Assembly: GCA_043228905.1 (NCBI GenBank) | Contig: JBHGNT010000002.1 | Location: 12,834,001 to 12,898,000, forward strand | Direction of reading: 5' to 3' | DNA: 64,000 bases | Origin: Azolla caroliniana | Taxonomy: Eukaryota > Plantae > Polypodiophyta | Translations under genes and position numbers: made by a program | Shown: positions 11,860-26,600 of the stretch, piece by piece | Numbering within the stretch: position 1 is the first letter of the stretch | Layout of the letters: the number at the start of each line of letters is the position of its first letter | Notes under the pieces: model-generated | The model's input: only the letters and a program-made list of their open reading frames with translations | What the model was told of the DNA's origin: nothing | The model's database searches: none

Positions 11860-14233
11860 AACAGTTGAAATTTCATTGCCCTACATTCTTACACGAGGCT
11901 TATATGTAAGCTTATAGGTAAATATTACCTCTGTCCTAAATTGTGTGTCAGATCAGTGAAAAATATTTTCTGGCCTAAGGGAAGTGCTAGATTGTCAATA
12001 AATAGTTGATGTGTTGCAAGCATGATGCTTCTCATTTTGTTTCTTGTATATACAATCAGGGAAAGTAGGAAGAACTACTAATGACTGACAACTCACTGTA
12101 ATGCTGATAGTCTAACGAAAGAACTTGTTAACCCTCTAATTGTATTTGGTTGGACCAGGCTTGGAAATTTATGCTGTATACTAATTATCATGAAATTTCC
12201 TCAGCTTTTTGTACTGTCCCTTCGCTTGATTGCATCGTTAATACTTGGTCAACTATGTAGATGGTTACATGTTAATTTTCTTTTAATTTGAGTGCAAAGT
12301 TGGAATGATCTTTACAACACCTCAAGCAAAAATTGGATGAACATGGAGAATGTACAGAGTAAAGAAATAAATAGGATCAAACAAATTGTTATCGCTAATG
12401 TGGTTAAAACCCCTCAAAATCCGTTATTCATGATCCCACACTGTTTGGCAGGTTCCCTCTCTACATCAGTGTTTTTCCATGATTGTACTTGAAATTTCTC
12501 TTTAAATTTTGATAGATGGTCAGTCAATGAAACCCAGGCAATATGGTTTCAGCATATACAACTTAAGAGAATATGAATTTCTTGGTTTTCTATTGAGGAA
12601 AATGGCTTCTTGTGACTTGTCTTACATGAGAACCTCTTGGCTCCAAAAGAACCATTTTGGTGTACTGTTGACAATTAACTAATTTAATGTGAAATCATGA
12701 GATTTCTTACATAATTCTGGTATCAAAAGAGAAGACTAGAAGAACCCAAAAATTGATGGAGGATTTATGAATTATAAGAATCTATGGATTGGAGAGGTTG
12801 TAAAATCGAAAAGAGGTTGACATGCATGATTATGAAAAGTTGATGGTGATGGAAGGATTTTGGTAGGATTGATCTTCAGAGCATGTGGAGCCATGACATT
12901 ACTTGCTCATGTTTTACTAGAAATAAACAATTGATTGGTTGCGAATTCATCAGATGGAAAGAAGTTTTGAGAATTTGTGATATCTAAACATAAGCATGCC
13001 TAGGAAGTAGCGAGCTATATGCATAGGAACTCAACCTTTAGGATAGATAATTTGTTATTATAGATATGGTTGGAATCTGCCTTGGTAGAATGAAATTTGA
13101 AGTTAATAGCGTGTAGTGATCTAAATGCTCAAAATTTGTGATAGTCCAATCTTGACTACTAACTTGGCAACAAAGTTTTAGGTTGGTTGTTTGGAGATTG
13201 TTCCAATGAAGATAAAATATAGTATAAGTTTAACATTGGAAATACTTTATTTGTCCTCATGAAACTTGCATTGGTATGGCATAGAAAGGCTGGAGCTTAT
13301 CATGCCAAAGCTTGGTTTTAGTAAGTTTGCAAGATGCTCCCTTCCTCCTCAACAATACCATTTTTGTTTCAAGCAAACAAAAGTGAGAAGAAAAAGAAAC
13401 ATTGAAAAGGAATACCTAGATATCTTTAAAGCATGAGAGAGAGAAGCCTTAGATATAATCAGCTTATCAATTGACTTGCATATTAAATGTGGCATTGACA
13501 CGAAACGAAAAATATAATCCACTCTCTCTATCTCTTACACAACGGTTGTGACTATTAGTGTCCCCACTAATTTTGTAGTCGACTAGTCCAGATCCCATCT
13601 AAGCTCTAAGGTGTGAACACATGGGTGGGCCACCATTTGTGAGCTACTCTCATATATAATAGAAAGTTTCTTTCTAGATGTACATCTCTGTGATTGCAAC
13701 TCTATATGCCTATCTAATTGATTCTCAATAGTTCTAATATGGTATCATTGCAAAGAGGTTGATCTAGATTAGGTCTATATGGGTAGTTGGTGTCTAGCAG
13801 TAGAGAGAGACACACACACACACACAGAGTATCTGTGGCCTTGTCCGTGAAAGTTGCAACTACTCCACTGCTCATTTGCCTTGTCCCTTGTTAAATATCT
13901 TGCAATAGTCATCATTATCTGGCCTCCTACTAGAGATAATATGTAAACGAATATCAAGTACATGCCTTACCTCTTTGAGAATCAACTTTGATCTCATGTT
14001 GGTCTCCAAACCAATAGTTCCAATGCCTACCACGTTTGAAAGTCCATCATTATTGACCCTCCAATAAGTCTCTAATTACTCCTTATCCTATTTGTGTCCC
14101 TTTAGTAAGTCTCTAATTTCTCATCTATTTTCATGTGTATTTGTATCTTTTGCACGAGTCTAGGTGTATATGCATGCATACATTTTTTGTATGTGTGACA
14201 TATGCAATCCACATCTTGTCCATATTCAGTCAT

Positions 14234-15160
14234 TTAGGTTATTTTCCAAATTTGGACGGATCGCACCTGCTTTCGAGGTTGTTGGAAGGGACTAACTAAT
14301 ATCAATCTTCTATTATGTATTGTCATTGCCTCATGAACATCGTTTGCCTCATACAACATCAAGTTGGAATGTAATACTCCCCACATCGCTGATCCCCATG
14401 AAAATAGGCAACCTACATTGATTGTTAGGAATAAAGACATGACTTTCTTCCATACTTGTTGAGCTAAAGAACAAGACCATAGGACATGCTTGGTAGTCTC
14501 CTGAGGTTCATGGCAAAAGCCACATTGCTGCAAATTGGGTGCTACATTCCCTTTCAATGAATGATCAACTGGTAGAGCCATATGCACTAATAACCATCGA
14601 AAGAGAATAAATTTAGTTGGCCCCTTGAATGACCATATCCATTTCCAGTAGGTTCTCAAATGCAAAGTGGACACCCCAATTGGTCCAATGTTTCTGAGCT
14701 GCTGGTATCATTACATTCTGAGAGAGCAGTAATGATCTTCCAAGTTTTACTGAGTATTGAAAGAAGGGGACCTTTACGATCTTTTCGCCCAAGGAGTGTG
14801 ACCAAAGTCAACCCCCCGGATCCCATGTTAATCTTGCAACAAGATCTTTTGCGTATAACCACAAGATATCACACATATAAGTCATTTAGGTTTAGATCTT
14901 TGTTTGAACAAATCCCTTTGTATTTTGGTATCTCTATCATGACATTTATGGGTACCATTATGACTTGATTATGTAACATTTCTAACAAGATAATACCAAA
15001 AAACGTTTTCAACTTGAGTAAGAAACATATGAGTTGCATACAACTTTTACACAAAACCCACCCAGACAACACTTGAGGAATCAAGAGAAAGTGGATGTCC
15101 ATTTAAAGTGGTGAGGTGGTTGTGTCGGGTTTAATATTTGAATGCCCCACATGGTAAGGC
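14234..15160 (-). mobile_element. L1-like LINE fragment (C-terminal ORF2 with zf-RVT)
   Basis: YWKWIW...FRWLL...CGFCHEPQETTKHVLWSC CCHC motif; same family as 44450-45965; boundaries approximate. Confidence 0.85.
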
Positions 15161-15164
15161 AAAG

Positions 15165-15830
15165 TTGACTAGCTCCCATGTTTTGTTGTCTTTGATCGAG
15201 TCCATCTCGGATCTCATGGCTTGTAGCCATGTGTTGGCGTCCGGTGTGGCTATAGCTTCCTCGTGGGAGCTTGGTTTGCATGCATCCGTGTAGTTGACGT
15301 AGTCGAGACCTGGTTGATAAAACTCTGTTGGCCGTCGAGCTCGTTTGGATCTCCTAGGTACCGAGATCTTTGGTTCAAATTCTTCGATTATCTCAGTTGG
15401 TTGATCGGTATTTCTTGAACCATCGTCAAGAGTTCTATGAGATGACTTGCCCCTGGTGTAGGATTTCAACGATATTTGGTCATCCTCCCCTTCTTTGGGA
15501 TCGATTGATAGAGGTACGTGTGCCTTGGCTGGTTCGGTTCGGTCTTTTGGCACTTTACCCTGTTTGGGAGATTTGATCATTTCGACTTTGTCATATTCAC
15601 CTTTTGTCAATCTCTTAGTGGAATCAAATTTGACTAGTGGACCTCTTGCCGATTTGAGTTCAACAAGGGGATTGGCTTGGTCGATTTTGACTATTTGTTT
15701 GATCGCCAATTCGGTCCAGTGGGTCAGTCCCTCTACGGTATCTTCGTCAAAGGAGACCTTTTTCCCACTTCTCTTAGGCCGGGATGGGTTTGAGGACAGA
15801 ATTGAGTCTTCATTGAAGACTACGTCACCG
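15165..15830 (-). mobile_element. Ty1/copia fragment (integrase-RT linker and RT start)
   Basis: DVVFNE...RRSKRARRP...WLQAMRSEMDSIKDNKTWELV. Confidence 0.85.
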
Positions 15831-15836
15831 CTCTGG

Positions 15837-16018
15837 TGTTGGGAAACAGGTCCCTCCGGATGGGACGCGTTGGTCAGCTGGTTTCGGACGCGGAATTGGA
15901 TTGGCCAGGAAGACATCTGATAGGCATCCGGAATCCGGAATCCGAAAAGAATCGGGATTCCCGATCCAGCCGTAGCCGATTAGAGGCTATATTTGTAAAT
16001 AACCATTACAACGTATAA

Positions 16019-16072
<54 letters not shown>

Positions 16073-16086
16073 TTAGGCCTAACATG
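15837..16086 (+). repeat. 5' part of a copia LTR, interrupted by a related element starting at 16087
   Basis: Starts TGTTGGGAAACAGGTCCCTCCGGATGGGA; nearly the same start recurs at 16087. Confidence 0.75.
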
Positions 16087-19000
16087 TGTTGGGAAACATG
16101 TCCCTCCGGATGGGAAGAGAAGGACCGTGTTGGTGAGTACCTCAAAATCGGAAATCGAAATCGAAATCGAAATCGAAAACCAAAATCGTTTCGGAAGACT
16201 ATAATTGTAAATAGTAAAAAATGCCTCTTGGGGGCTATACTTGTAAATAGCCAGAAAGTTGCTTTGGTTTATAAGCAACTAGGGCAAATCTTATAGTTAG
16301 TTCTTTTATCGGACGAAGGAGAACTTGAGGTCGTTGCCTCCGAGTTCCGTATTTGTACTTCCTCTCTACTATAGTGATATGTTTTCTTAGGGTTTGTGGA
16401 CCCCCGTGGTTTTTCCCATTTTGGGTTTTCCATGTAAAATATTGGTGTCTCTATGTCTTCACGTTTTTCTTGTCTGTGTACCAGTTCTTGGTTTCTACAC
16501 ACGAATATAAACGTGAAACCAGTTGTGGCCGGTCGATTCCTTACAAAGTGGTATCAGAGCGATGGAAAACTCATTCGGCGGCATGTTTAAGCTAGCCGGC
16601 TCCAACTACTCAGTGTGGAAGTCGAAGATGAGAGACATGCTCGTGTGCAAAGACCTCTGGCTGCCGGTGTAGTTCGGAGATAAAAGACTAGACAAGATCG
16701 ATGCAACGATGTGGGAAGTATTGCATCTAAAGGCAGCCACATACATAAGGTGTTTTTTGTATACATGAGTCTATACAACAACTTTGGCGAAACAGATGCA
16801 GGGGTCCTATGGAAGAAGATCGACATCATGTTCGAAAACAAGAACGCCGTGAACCGAGTCTCAGTATTTTGAAAAATCGTGAGGCTCCGGTATTAGGATG
16901 GCTCCAGTATGGCGGAGCACATCAATGCCTTTGGATTGATGAACCAAACCACCTCTCTAGAAGTACCTCTAGTCGACGAGGTATTAGCATTACTATTGCT
17001 GGGATCCCTTCCAGACAGTTGGGAGATGCTCGTTGTCACTTTGAACAACACCAGGCCGGAAGGGAAGTATCTATCCCTAGAGTAGGTGAAGTGGAGCTTG
17101 TTGAATGAAGAAGCTCACCGGAAGGACCGTGAGTCCAATACCGACCAGAAGACTTTAGTCACAGAAGGTGACACGATTCGGGGAAGAGGCCGAAATCGAA
17201 GTCCCTAGAACCGAGATAAGTCGGGGACTAGGTTGAAGTCGAGGGGGAGACCCACGTGCTTCTATTGTGGGAAGCCGGGGCACTTCTAGAAAAATTGCCG
17301 ACACTTTCGAAAGGAGAAAGGGGGAGCTGATGGTGTAGAGCCGAAGAAAATCCCAGATAGAAAGAACACCTCAGCAATCGGCACGAGTGAGGAGGAGTTG
17401 TTGCTCATCAGTGAGCAAAACGAAGTGAATCTCGCCGGCGAAGAATCGACATGGGTGGTCGATTCGGGTGCGTCATTCCACCTAACCCTTGACCAAAAGT
17501 GTTTCTCATCCTACAGAGCTGGAGATCTCAAATCCGTAAAGATGGGAAATGAAGGAGCATGCCGAATCGTCGACATTGGAGATGTGTGTTTGGAAAATTC
17601 AACTAAGTTCAGACTCGTGTTGAGAGATGTACGACATGTTCCGGAGGTTCGATTGAACCTAATATTAGCCAATCAGCTAGATGACGAAGGTTACATGGGT
17701 AGCATCTGAAACAATGTCATGAAGTTTTACAAAGGAAGTCTGATCGTGGCTCGAGCTTGGAAGACCAACACACTATACATAATGAATGTTCGAAAATGCT
17801 GAGGGGAAGCAAACGTGGCAGCCGACACGGTCGGTGAACTGTGGCACAGGAGGTTGTGCCATATTAGCAGAAGGGGATGCAAAAGCTTGCCGAGGACAAC
17901 CTCGTTCCTGAGGTGAAGAACGTGCAACTTGAGAAGTGCACGGATTGCTTGGCCGACAAGCAGAATCAAACATCTTTCCGAACGAGGCCCCCAATGAGAA
18001 AGAAAATGCCGTTGGAGCTTGTGCATACGAATGTATGCTATGTGGACACGAAGTCGCATGGTGGTTCCCAGTATTTCGTGACCTTCGTTGATGACTGTAG
18101 CACGAAGTTGTGGGCTTCCGTGCTAAAGATGAAGGATCAAGTGTTATCTCTCTTCAAAGAGTTCCAAGCAAGGGCCGAATGAGAAACCAGTCGAAAACTG
18201 AAGGCAGTCCGATCGGACAATGGTGGAGAGTACCATGGACCGTTCGAGGAATATTGCCGAAATCAAAGAATCTGGCTTGAGTATACCGTGTCGAAGACGC
18301 CAGAGCTTAATCGGTTGGCCAAGAGAATGAACCAGACCGTAATGGAAAGGGTCCGAAGCATGCTTGCACATGCTAAGTTACTGAAGATGTTCTGGGCTGA
18401 GGCGTTGATGACGGCGGCGTACGTGATAAACCGATCACCCTCAGTACCCTTGGACGATGATATTCTACAAAGGGAGTGGAGTGGCAAAGACGTATCGTAC
18501 CGAGATTTGAGGGTGTCGAGTTGTCTTGCTTATGTGCATATGGCAAAGGACCAGAGGGGGAAGTTGGACTCGAAATCTCGGCCATGCATATTTGTCGGCT
18601 ACGGCAATGATGAATTTGGCTATCGGCTATGGGACTTAGCCGAGAAGAAAGTGATTAGGAGCCGCGACATTGTCTTCATGGAGGAAAAGACAATAGTTGG
18701 CTAGGAGATTGAGAATAAGTCTCAAACTACCGAATCGAACCGAGTCGACGCTCGGCCGAATCGATCGAAATCGAATCTGAGTCAGTTAGCTGAGTTAATA
18801 CTTAGCAAAATCGAGAACTGACTGAAGAGCGAGGGGAAATGGCTGAACAGGGAACCGAATTCGAATCGGCTGAAGAAGAACCGACTGTGCCGAATGGAGG
18901 TCGTAGATACCCCCTAAGAGAAAGGAGGGCCCTCCGAAGATTTCCAGATGAAGAGCGTGTACTACTAACAGATGAGGGAGAGCTGGAAAGCTTTGAAGAA

Positions 19001-20100
19001 GCCAAGGAAGATACCCACAGCCGAAAGTGATTGAGTGCCATGCAAGAGGAGATGGATTCTTTCCATGATAATCACATATGAACTGACCGAACTTCTGAGA
19101 GGAAAGAAGGCACTTCGGAATAAATGGGTATACAAGTTGAAACCGGGAGATGGCGGGAATCCACCCAAGTACAAAGCACGAATCGTCATGAAAGTTTTTC
19201 AGTAGAAGAAGGGTGTCAATTTTGACGAAATATTTTCCCCGTTCATAAAAACGAAGTCAATTCGAACCGTGTTGAGTATCGTGACCAACATGGATCTCGA
19301 AGTCGAGCAATTAGATGTCAAGACGGCGTTTCTACATGGTGATCTTGAAGAGGGGATCTACATGCACCAGCTGGAAGGATTTGTAGGGAAAGGTAAAGAG
19401 AACCTCGTATGCCGATTAAGGGAGAGCTTGTATGGGTTGAAGCAAGCACCTCGGCAATGGTACCAAAAATTTGAATCCTTCATGACCGACAACGGGTACC
19501 ACAAAACGCAGGCCGATCATTGTGTATTTGTGAAGAAATTCGACGAAGATGAAGGAGATTTCCTCATCCTTCTGTTGTACGTAGACGACATGCTAATTGT
19601 CGGACAGGACGATACGAAGATCCAAGTGCTGAAGAAGGCCTTGACCAGATCGTTTTCGATGAAGGATATGGGTCCATCAAAGCAAATCCTGGGGATGCAC
19701 GTTGTTCGGGATCGAACAAAGAAGTTGTTCTGGCTGTCACAAGAAAAAATACGTGACAAAGGTGCTCCAGAGATTCGGCATGGAGAGCACAAAACCGGTC
19801 GGCTCGACACTGTCGACAAACTGCAAGCTAAGCAAAGAACAATGTCCGAAATCGAAAACTAAGAAGGCCGAGATGTCAAAGGTTCCTTATGCCTTAGTAG
19901 TCGGAAGCTTGGTGTACGCGATGGTATGTACCAGGCCGGACATAGGATACACAGTCAGTGTGGTAAGCCGATATATGAGGAACCCCGGAAGAGAGCATTG
20001 GCCTGTCGTGCAATGGATACTTCAGCACCTAAAAGGCACCTCGAACGTGTGTCTCCGTTTCGGTTCATGTAACCCCACACTGGAAGGCCGAAGGCTTTAA
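16087..20100 (+). mobile_element. Degenerate Ty1/copia element (Tnt1/Tork-like), 3'-truncated at the start of RNase H
   Basis: LTR 16087-16545 (TG..CA); PBS TGGTATCAGAGC 16549-16560; gag ATG 16562; CFYCGKPGH knuckle, VVDSGASFH protease, integrase, DVKTAFLHG and LLYVDDML RT; many stops and frameshifts. Confidence 0.92.
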
Positions 20101-20626
20101 CTGAAGACGCATTTTTTTCTTTTCAAGCTTCCGACCCACGTTTGACTGGGAGAGCGCACTTATAGTGTTTAGTTGCGTTATTCTTGCTTTTTCTTTTCTT
20201 TTCTTTTACATATCCTCGAGTTTGTGTGGTGCGTTTTTCATATCATTATTTCTGGGTTGTCATCAAAATTTGTTATACAAGAAAGCTCTCTTTGTTAGCT
20301 TTCTTACAAATATTTTCTTTTGAAATTTGGATAAGAGATGAAGAAATTATGAGCTTTTTTCTCTACCTTGCTTTTTTTGCTTAATTTTCTGCGTTTTTCT
20401 TCTTTTTCTACTTTTGAAAAATGCCTCTAACTTTATTTCTCTTCAATTTCATTTATCATTTAACTCTTGGACCTTTCATATTGTGCTTTATTCTTCTATA
20501 CCTTCGCATCCAATGTATTTGTCACAATCTTTTCCTATGAGCAAAAATCAACTTCACAGAACGTAACACTCATAACTTCCCGGGTTGCGCTCATTGCGAG
20601 ACTTAATCCAACACCTTACTGCACGT

Positions 20627-23600
20627 TGTCGCGTTACTACGCACGTGCGTGGAGAAACGAGGCGGGACCACCGGGGTCTTGGACCGAAGAGCAGGTGATA
20701 GAAGGGGAATGAGAAAGAGAGAGACGCCCTGTCACGTATGAGTAAGAAACACAGGGGCACAGCTCGTCAACACAGATGACGCGAAGGGACACAGAGATAG
20801 GGAGACACAAGTGTTTGTATATTAACGAGTAACAGAATACACAACAAAGCACGTGAGCGGTTACAACCGAACAGGTCGGCGAACAGATGCCGATGCTTGT
20901 TCATCTGCGCACGAAAGGAGAAAAGGGTGGAGGTGCTGCCGGAAGCACACGGGCGTTCCTCGAAGCAGCGCGAGCCTCCCGAAAACCTGCAGAGAAGAGC
21001 GATGGAGAACGAACAGAGGAGAAGCGTTCGGTTCCGGTCCGACAACACTTCGTCCTCCTTAATGCACGATCCCTTCTCCCTGCGTCTCCCTCTCCTTTAT
21101 AGTGTCAAGAAGGGAGCCGTCTCCGTCATTTACTTCCTACCTACTGAATCTAACTACCCAGGATATCTCTATGTACCTAATTCTCTATTATATACATTAA
21201 GAGCAGTTCTTCCCGACTCACCTCGTCCCTCCAATCTACTGTCGCCCAAGAGGAGATCGTCCGTTCCATCGGCATGATCGGCTTCTGTCCGAACATGAGC
21301 TCTAACGACATGAACCCGGTTACCGAATTGTGCGTTGTCCGGTCCGCCCACAAGGCATAAGGTAACAGCCGTGGCCAGTTCCTGACCTGGCCTCTGCATG
21401 CCCGGACTAGCGCTTTGACGATTGGCCCGTGCCCGCGCTCTACCTTCCCGTTTGCCTCCGGATTGTACGCTGTGGTGAGCGAGAGCTTGACCCCTAACTG
21501 GTCGAATAGCTCCTCGGCCTCTTCGGCGTCCAACTCCCCCCGGTCAGCCACAATCTTTCCGACGCACCCGTACCGGCATATCACGTCCTCGAACAGGAAC
21601 CGACACACGGCCGCGGTCGTTTTGTTTTGCAGGGCTCGGCCTTCCACCTGGTTTGTCAGGTCCTCCCGGGCCAACACCAAATATCGCATATGCCCTACGC
21701 CCATCGACATTGTCACCAAATCTACCATCCATTTGAAGTGGATGGCCGGAGGGTAAGTGGGGTGAAGCTCGTCCTGATGTCGGACTATGGAGTGCATCTG
21801 ACAGCTCTCACAAGTTGTCACGAACCGATGCACGTCCCGGTACAGTCCCGGCCACCAGTACTTCCCCTTTAGTTTCTCAAACGTGGCCCACGTCCCACGG
21901 TGTCCAGCCCAAGGGCTATCGTGTTAGGCCTTCAGCAACTCCTCCTGTTCCTCCTTCATCGCCACTACTCGGAGCGGGATGCCGTTTCTCTTCTTCGGGT
22001 GCTTCCACAAGTATCCGTCCCGGAGAAAGAATCGGTATGCTTTCTTCTGGATTCGGTTGGCCTCATCCTTTGTCCATGACGCGTCTGGCGCCATCGTCCT
22101 CAAGAATCCCCCAATCTGCAGCCACTCCCCATCGTACTTGCTTACGTTGAAATCGTTAAGCGCCAGAGTGCTCCCTCCCTCGGTTGTTGCGTAAGCCGCC
22201 TCGAAGAAGTCCACGCCGACTTCCTCGTCCTCCGAAACCATGCCGCCCTCGTCATTGAATCGCGCCCTCGAAAGCATGTCGGCCATGGCATTGTCTTTCC
22301 CGGAAATGTGTCGTATTTCCGGATCCAGGGACTTGATGTACGCTATCCACATGAGCATCGCCAGGTCCGGGGTTGCGCATCCGAAAACCATGCCGAGAAT
22401 CGACAGGAAGTCCGTCTTGATAATCACTTCTGTCTCGATCAGATAGTCTTTATCGGCCTTCACCGCCGAAACGATACCCCAGAGTTCGCGTTTAACCTGG
22501 GAGTATCCTCGCTGTCGCTCGTTGAGGACCTTCGCGCCGAACCGGACTGGGAACCGAATGCCGTCCTCATCTTCTTGGTTGATGACCCATCCGATCCCGG
22601 TCGGACTCGTATCTACCGTTATGTAGATGGGAGTGCCTTTCTCGTAGACAGCCTTCTGGAGTGCCGGTGCTGCAGAAAGAGCCTCCTTCATCTTTCGGAC
22701 CGACTCCGCGTGCTCGTCTCGCCACTCGAATTTTCGCCCCTTTTTCAGCAACCCGTATAGCGGCTCGGCAATGTGGGCGTAATACGGGATCCATATGTGG
22801 TAGAACGCGCATGCTCCCAAAAACCTCTGTACCTCCGTGACCGAGTTACAGTCGGGCTTCATTGAGAAGATGGCTTCCACCTTAGCCGGAGACGGTTTCC
22901 GGCCATACGGCCCGCATAGATGTCCGACGACCATGATCTCTGATTGCCCGAAGGCCGATTTCTCCCCGGAGAAGGTGAGCCTCGCGTCCTCTAGCCTCTG
23001 CAGCACCCTCTCGCAGTCGTCAATGTGTGTCGCCACGAATTTCCGGCATCCGTTCGGTCCAACCGTTTCGTCCTTTTCCTCCACCGGACATCCCTTGATC
23101 GGGATGTCATCCAAGAATGGCATGGTGATGTTCGGGATACAATCCCTCAGCACCTTGCTCATTGCATTCACCATGTGGGCCACTGAGTTCGTCCCTCCTT
23201 GTGGTAGGGTGCACATCCGCACTAGGCCGAGAGGAGTCCGCATCGTCGTAATGTCTCTGCTCTCTACGGCTAGTTGGAACTGATCGTACCCCGAGTACAG
23301 ATCACCGACCGAGTAGATCGACCTTCCGGCGAAGGCCCCCGCGAACTCGTCTATCGTTGGTCCGATTCCTGCGTTCCGAATGGTAACTGTGTTGATCGGT
23401 TGCAGGTCTTGAATGAAGCGCAACGTCCCGTTCTTCTTCGGTATGGTAAACCACCGGTTCGAGTACGGGGCACTCGACGGTTCGAGGATGCCCATATCGA
23501 CTTTCTGCCTCAATAGCTCCATCAGTTCTGGGATGTGAGCTCTCGGTACCGAAATTGGCTTGAGATTCCATGGTACATGCGGTACCGTGAATATCACCAT

Positions 23601-26600
23601 CGGCTTCACGACTGTCGGGTCTACGCACCCGATCTCTTCTGGTGAGAATGCGAAGGCTTTCCTGTGCCTTCCGAGCATTCTCCAAAACCGGTCTTCTTCC
23701 GCCGGCAGTAGGAACCCGCCCCCACCTATTTTGAGCTCCCGTAGTGTTCTGTCGGTGAAGGCGTGCCCTATGCAGGCCAGATCTCGTAAACTAGGGTCCG
23801 ACGCGACCCCCTCGATTCGCAACTCGCTGCCCTCCAGTAAGGGTGCCGCGACTGGCCTTACCTTCCGGTCCACAGTCTTGTACTTCGTGTTAACCCGGGC
23901 CGTCCGATCCGACTCGAGCCCTCGACTGAAGTCCGCGATGATTTCGTACATTTCTTTTGAACAAACCGGTATCGTCCGGTCCTCTTTAAGGCCCTCTCCA
24001 ACCACCTCTCGCAGTATTCCCAAGGTATCGTCGAAGGAGACCGCCTCCATGGCTCCGTAGATTTCCTCGTTGGGCCCGAGAACTCCGCACGCCCGAAGTT
24101 GCTCTTCTGCCCTTGTCTTTTCTCGGCCAACGACGCCGACTATCGTACACCCTCCGTTTTCGGAGAAACAAAACTTCCTACTCATGGTACAAGGTTTCTT
24201 CGGTTTCACATCTATCGTACATATGTGGGGTTTTCCCGGAGTGTCCGGACTGTCGCGGCCCCACGCCTTGGCAGCCCTCTCTAAAAATCCTCTCGGTTCT
24301 CGCCATCGAGGGACTCGCGGTTTCGCTCATGGTTCGGTCGCACCGTCAGGAACTGGACCGAATGACGCCCGTCCTGACTCTTGACCCTCGCGTAAGCCGA
24401 CCCGTTGTCCAGCACCTTGGTCTCCATTCGCGCTGCCGTAATGTACGGTTCTCCCAGTATGACCGGGTGCGAGGACGTCTCCTGCACAAAGCAGTGCTGG
24501 TCTATTTCGACGTCGCCGATCTTGACTCGCACGTTTGGGTAGGCCCCGTGTAGTTCCTCGGTGGTGCGCGTCGCCGCCCGTATCTTCCACCCGTGGTTAG
24601 TGTTGATCGGCCATTTCCCCTTCTTGTAGAACTCCATGGACATCAGGTTTATTTCCGAACCGTGGTCCACCAGCGCCACCACCAGTTCCTGAACATCTCC
24701 GATCTTCACCGGGGTTTCCGTGGTCTCTCGGGCCCAGTGTGGCCTCGAGAAGTGGCTCTCCGCCCACTCGTCTTCCAGCGCCATGTCCTCTATGTGCGCC
24801 GTCCGCACCTCCACCGGCCTTCCCGGTTCTGCCTCCGTTGACAGCCTCTTCCTCTTCACCAAGTCCACGATGGAGTCGTGGAACTCCTTCTTGGCGATCC
24901 CTAACACCTCCCGCAACGACAGTTCCACCTTGCTGTCGAGGATTCGTTCTTCCAGGACCTTTCGTAGGTCCGTGGTCCTTTCGATCTCCGTGCCAAAATG
25001 ATACCCGCCCTTTTTGTGGTTATCCCGGGCACTGGACTCACCGGCCTCGTTCCGTTTCGGCCCGAATCGGGTTTCGTATCTCTGTGAAGATCCGGCCCCT
25101 CCGGGTTTACCTACCCGTTTGTCTTCAACTAGAGCCTCGTAGTTCTGGCAAGCCGCTTCGACGAAACCCGTCTTTTCATCGACCGGGTCACTCCACCCGG
25201 TTACCTCTTGGACCCGCTTCTCCGCGCGGTCCGCCTCGTCTCTCTTTAATCGGGCACCGGCGAGGCCTTCCAGCACCGTCGGCCAGAACTCGGCTTTGCT
25301 CTCCTTCCGGGCCTTGCTGCCTCCGACCCGAATACCGGCTGACGCTGAGTAGTGGACGGTCTCCGCGTGCCGGGCTGCCGCCTCTTCCATCAGCCTTTTC
25401 ATTCCTCCTCGCCTGTTGTTTCGGTTCAGGACCCTCCGGGTATCGCTGGCGTGCACCCGACCTTCCCATAGGTACACTACACGGCTTCTCAAAGCCTCCA
25501 TAAAGTCCCCGCAGTCTTTCCGGATGTGGCCGACCTCGTCGCACCACATGCACCTACTTCCTGCCGGAGGCCGTCGGTCACGAGCCTGATCGCCGCCTTC
25601 TCTCCTAGCCTAGGCGATCTGGAGATCCTTTACCGCTCGTGTCAACTCCTCCAAAGCTGTTCCCCCGGACGAGCCTCTGACCACGCCGGTCGAAGCCGAA
25701 CCGGTTTCGAGCCACTCCCGGGTCTCTTCCCTTCGCGCATGCGGTATCGGTTCGAGCTTCCTTGCTGCGACAGGTCCCGCCCCGGTCGCCTCTGTATTAG
25801 CCCACTCCCACCGTTTGTCAAAACGACCGCAGACTCTTTTTACGGTGGTCCAGTCAGCCGTCAGCCCGTCTTCGGTTTCCAGTAAGGAGCCAACTTGCCC
25901 CCGATCCCTTGCGTCAACCGATTTGACAATTAGCAGGACACGACTTGTGTCCAGAACGGTCCGATCGAGCGCAGAAAGGCGCGCAAAGCGTTCCTCAAAC
26001 TCCCGGAGGAGTACCGATGCATTGCTTCCTTTGTTGGGGGACTCCACCCACTCCATGAAGCTCCGCTTCGAAAGTCGAAGCGCGTCATCCAGCCTGTATT
26101 TCTCCAGGAGCCTTCCTTCGAATTCCTCCCAGGTTCGGCTCTCCGCCCGGACCTCGAGCACCTCCGCATGGATGCCCAGCATCGCCACTCGAGGGAATCC
26201 GGCAAGACGCCTCTCTTCCGGAATATCCCTCATCAACATCTCCGCCCGGTAGGACGCCAAATAACTCGTGGCATCCTTTCCACTGAACTGGCCGATCGTA
26301 CCGACGATCGCCTCAATAACCCTGTCAAGGGCGCCGGTGCCCTCGCGCGCGCTCACTATCCGGTCCACGGTCGAAGCCATGGCCTCTGCAAGATCCGAAC
26401 CCCTCATCTTCTGCTCCTCTGCCGCCTGTTTCACGTCGGGTTCACCAAATATGTCGGGTTACTACGCGCGTGCGTGGAGAAACGAGGCGGGACCACCGGG
26501 GTCTTGGACCGAAGAGCAAGTGATAGAAAGGGAATGAGAAAGAGAGAGACGCCCTGTCACATATGAGTAAGAAACACAGGGGCACGGCCCGTCAACACAG

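Noticed and set aside
12000-14200. Possible LTR/TRIM remnants (TGGTATCA at about 13740) and decayed coding sequence
   Set aside because: No second LTR, TSD or convincing protein motif could be established by eye
21400-26570. Many long plus-strand ORFs and possible bacterial or fungal contamination
   Set aside because: ORFs are antisense shadows of GC-rich pol; the element has LTRs, a plant tRNA PBS and a junction with a plant copia element
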